The notes under the pieces: model-generated
Databases searched by the model: none
The model's input: the letters and a program-made list of their open reading frames with translations, nothing else
What the model was told of the DNA's origin: nothing
Part shown: piece by piece, positions 49,595 to 49,849 of the stretch
How the letters are laid out: each line of letters opens with the position of its first letter
Position numbering within the stretch: the first letter of the stretch is position 1
Source of the DNA: an uncultured Clostridia bacterium
Lineage (GTDB): Bacteria > Bacillota > Clostridia > Christensenellales > CAG-917
DNA length: 49,849 bases
Reading direction: 5' to 3'
Assembly: GCA_947628855.1 (NCBI GenBank)
Contig: CANRBM010000004.1
Coordinates: 1 to 49,849, forward strand
Program-made: the position numbers and the translations under genes

Positions 49595-49849
49595 CCCTAT
49601 CAAAAAACAAAAGAGCGCGATTGCGCTCCTCTGTTTCAATGTTTTGGTTCTTTGATTATTGCTCGCTGATCGCGCCGACGGGGCAACCGTTTTTTACCCC
49701 ATAAAATTCGCTCCACTCAATTTGCATTTCTACAAAACTTTACATCGTCTCTCATTATTATGGGGCCCCCAAATATCACCCGGACCGACTTTTCGTTTCG
49801 GTTGCCCCTATACAAAAAACAAAAGAGCGCGGTTGCGCTCCTCTGTTTC
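49595..49849. repeat. Direct repeat (period 212 bp) of a minus-strand terminator, truncated by the window end
   Basis: CAAAAAACAAAAGAGCGCG(A/G)TTGCGCTCCTCTGTTTC at 49601 and 49813. Confidence 0.85.
49656..49688 (-). pseudogene. 3' remnant of a ferredoxin-like gene
   Basis: The minus strand reads G-C-P-V-G-A-I-S-E-Q-stop. The upstream part is replaced by a repeat element. Confidence 0.5.

Overview
Chromosomal segment of an anaerobic, probably gut-associated member of the Clostridia (an inference from gene content and protein sequences). Housekeeping content: a partial UvrA-like ATPase, bile salt hydrolase, a CDF transporter, uppP, ychF, an M18 aminopeptidase, tldD/pmbA, an ABC transporter with a large Ig-domain surface protein, a two-component system, three tRNAs (Ser-CGA, Ala-TGC, Ile-GAT) and several O2/peroxide-defence genes. 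The translation gene block is rearranged: L7Ae-rpsL-rpsG-fusA-tuf-rpmG-secE-nusG-rplK-rplA-rplJ-rplL, with no rpoBC. Accessory or conflict-like modules: a MuF-motif toxin-like gene with a small partner, a SpoVK/CbbX-type AAA+ gene with two YbjN-like paralogues, an orphan SdpI, an orphan Mrr-type nuclease and an ATPase-PD-(D/E)XK gene. The most unusual signal is non-coding. tRNA-Ser sits inside an array of its own duplicated 5' and 3' ends. tRNA-Ile has an inverted copy of its 3' end. A ferredoxin-like 3' end lies between duplicated terminators. A family of covarying hairpin repeats occurs 6-16 bp after stop codons in a fixed orientation, with smaller repeats nested inside. No transposase, integrase or cas gene is visible in the window.
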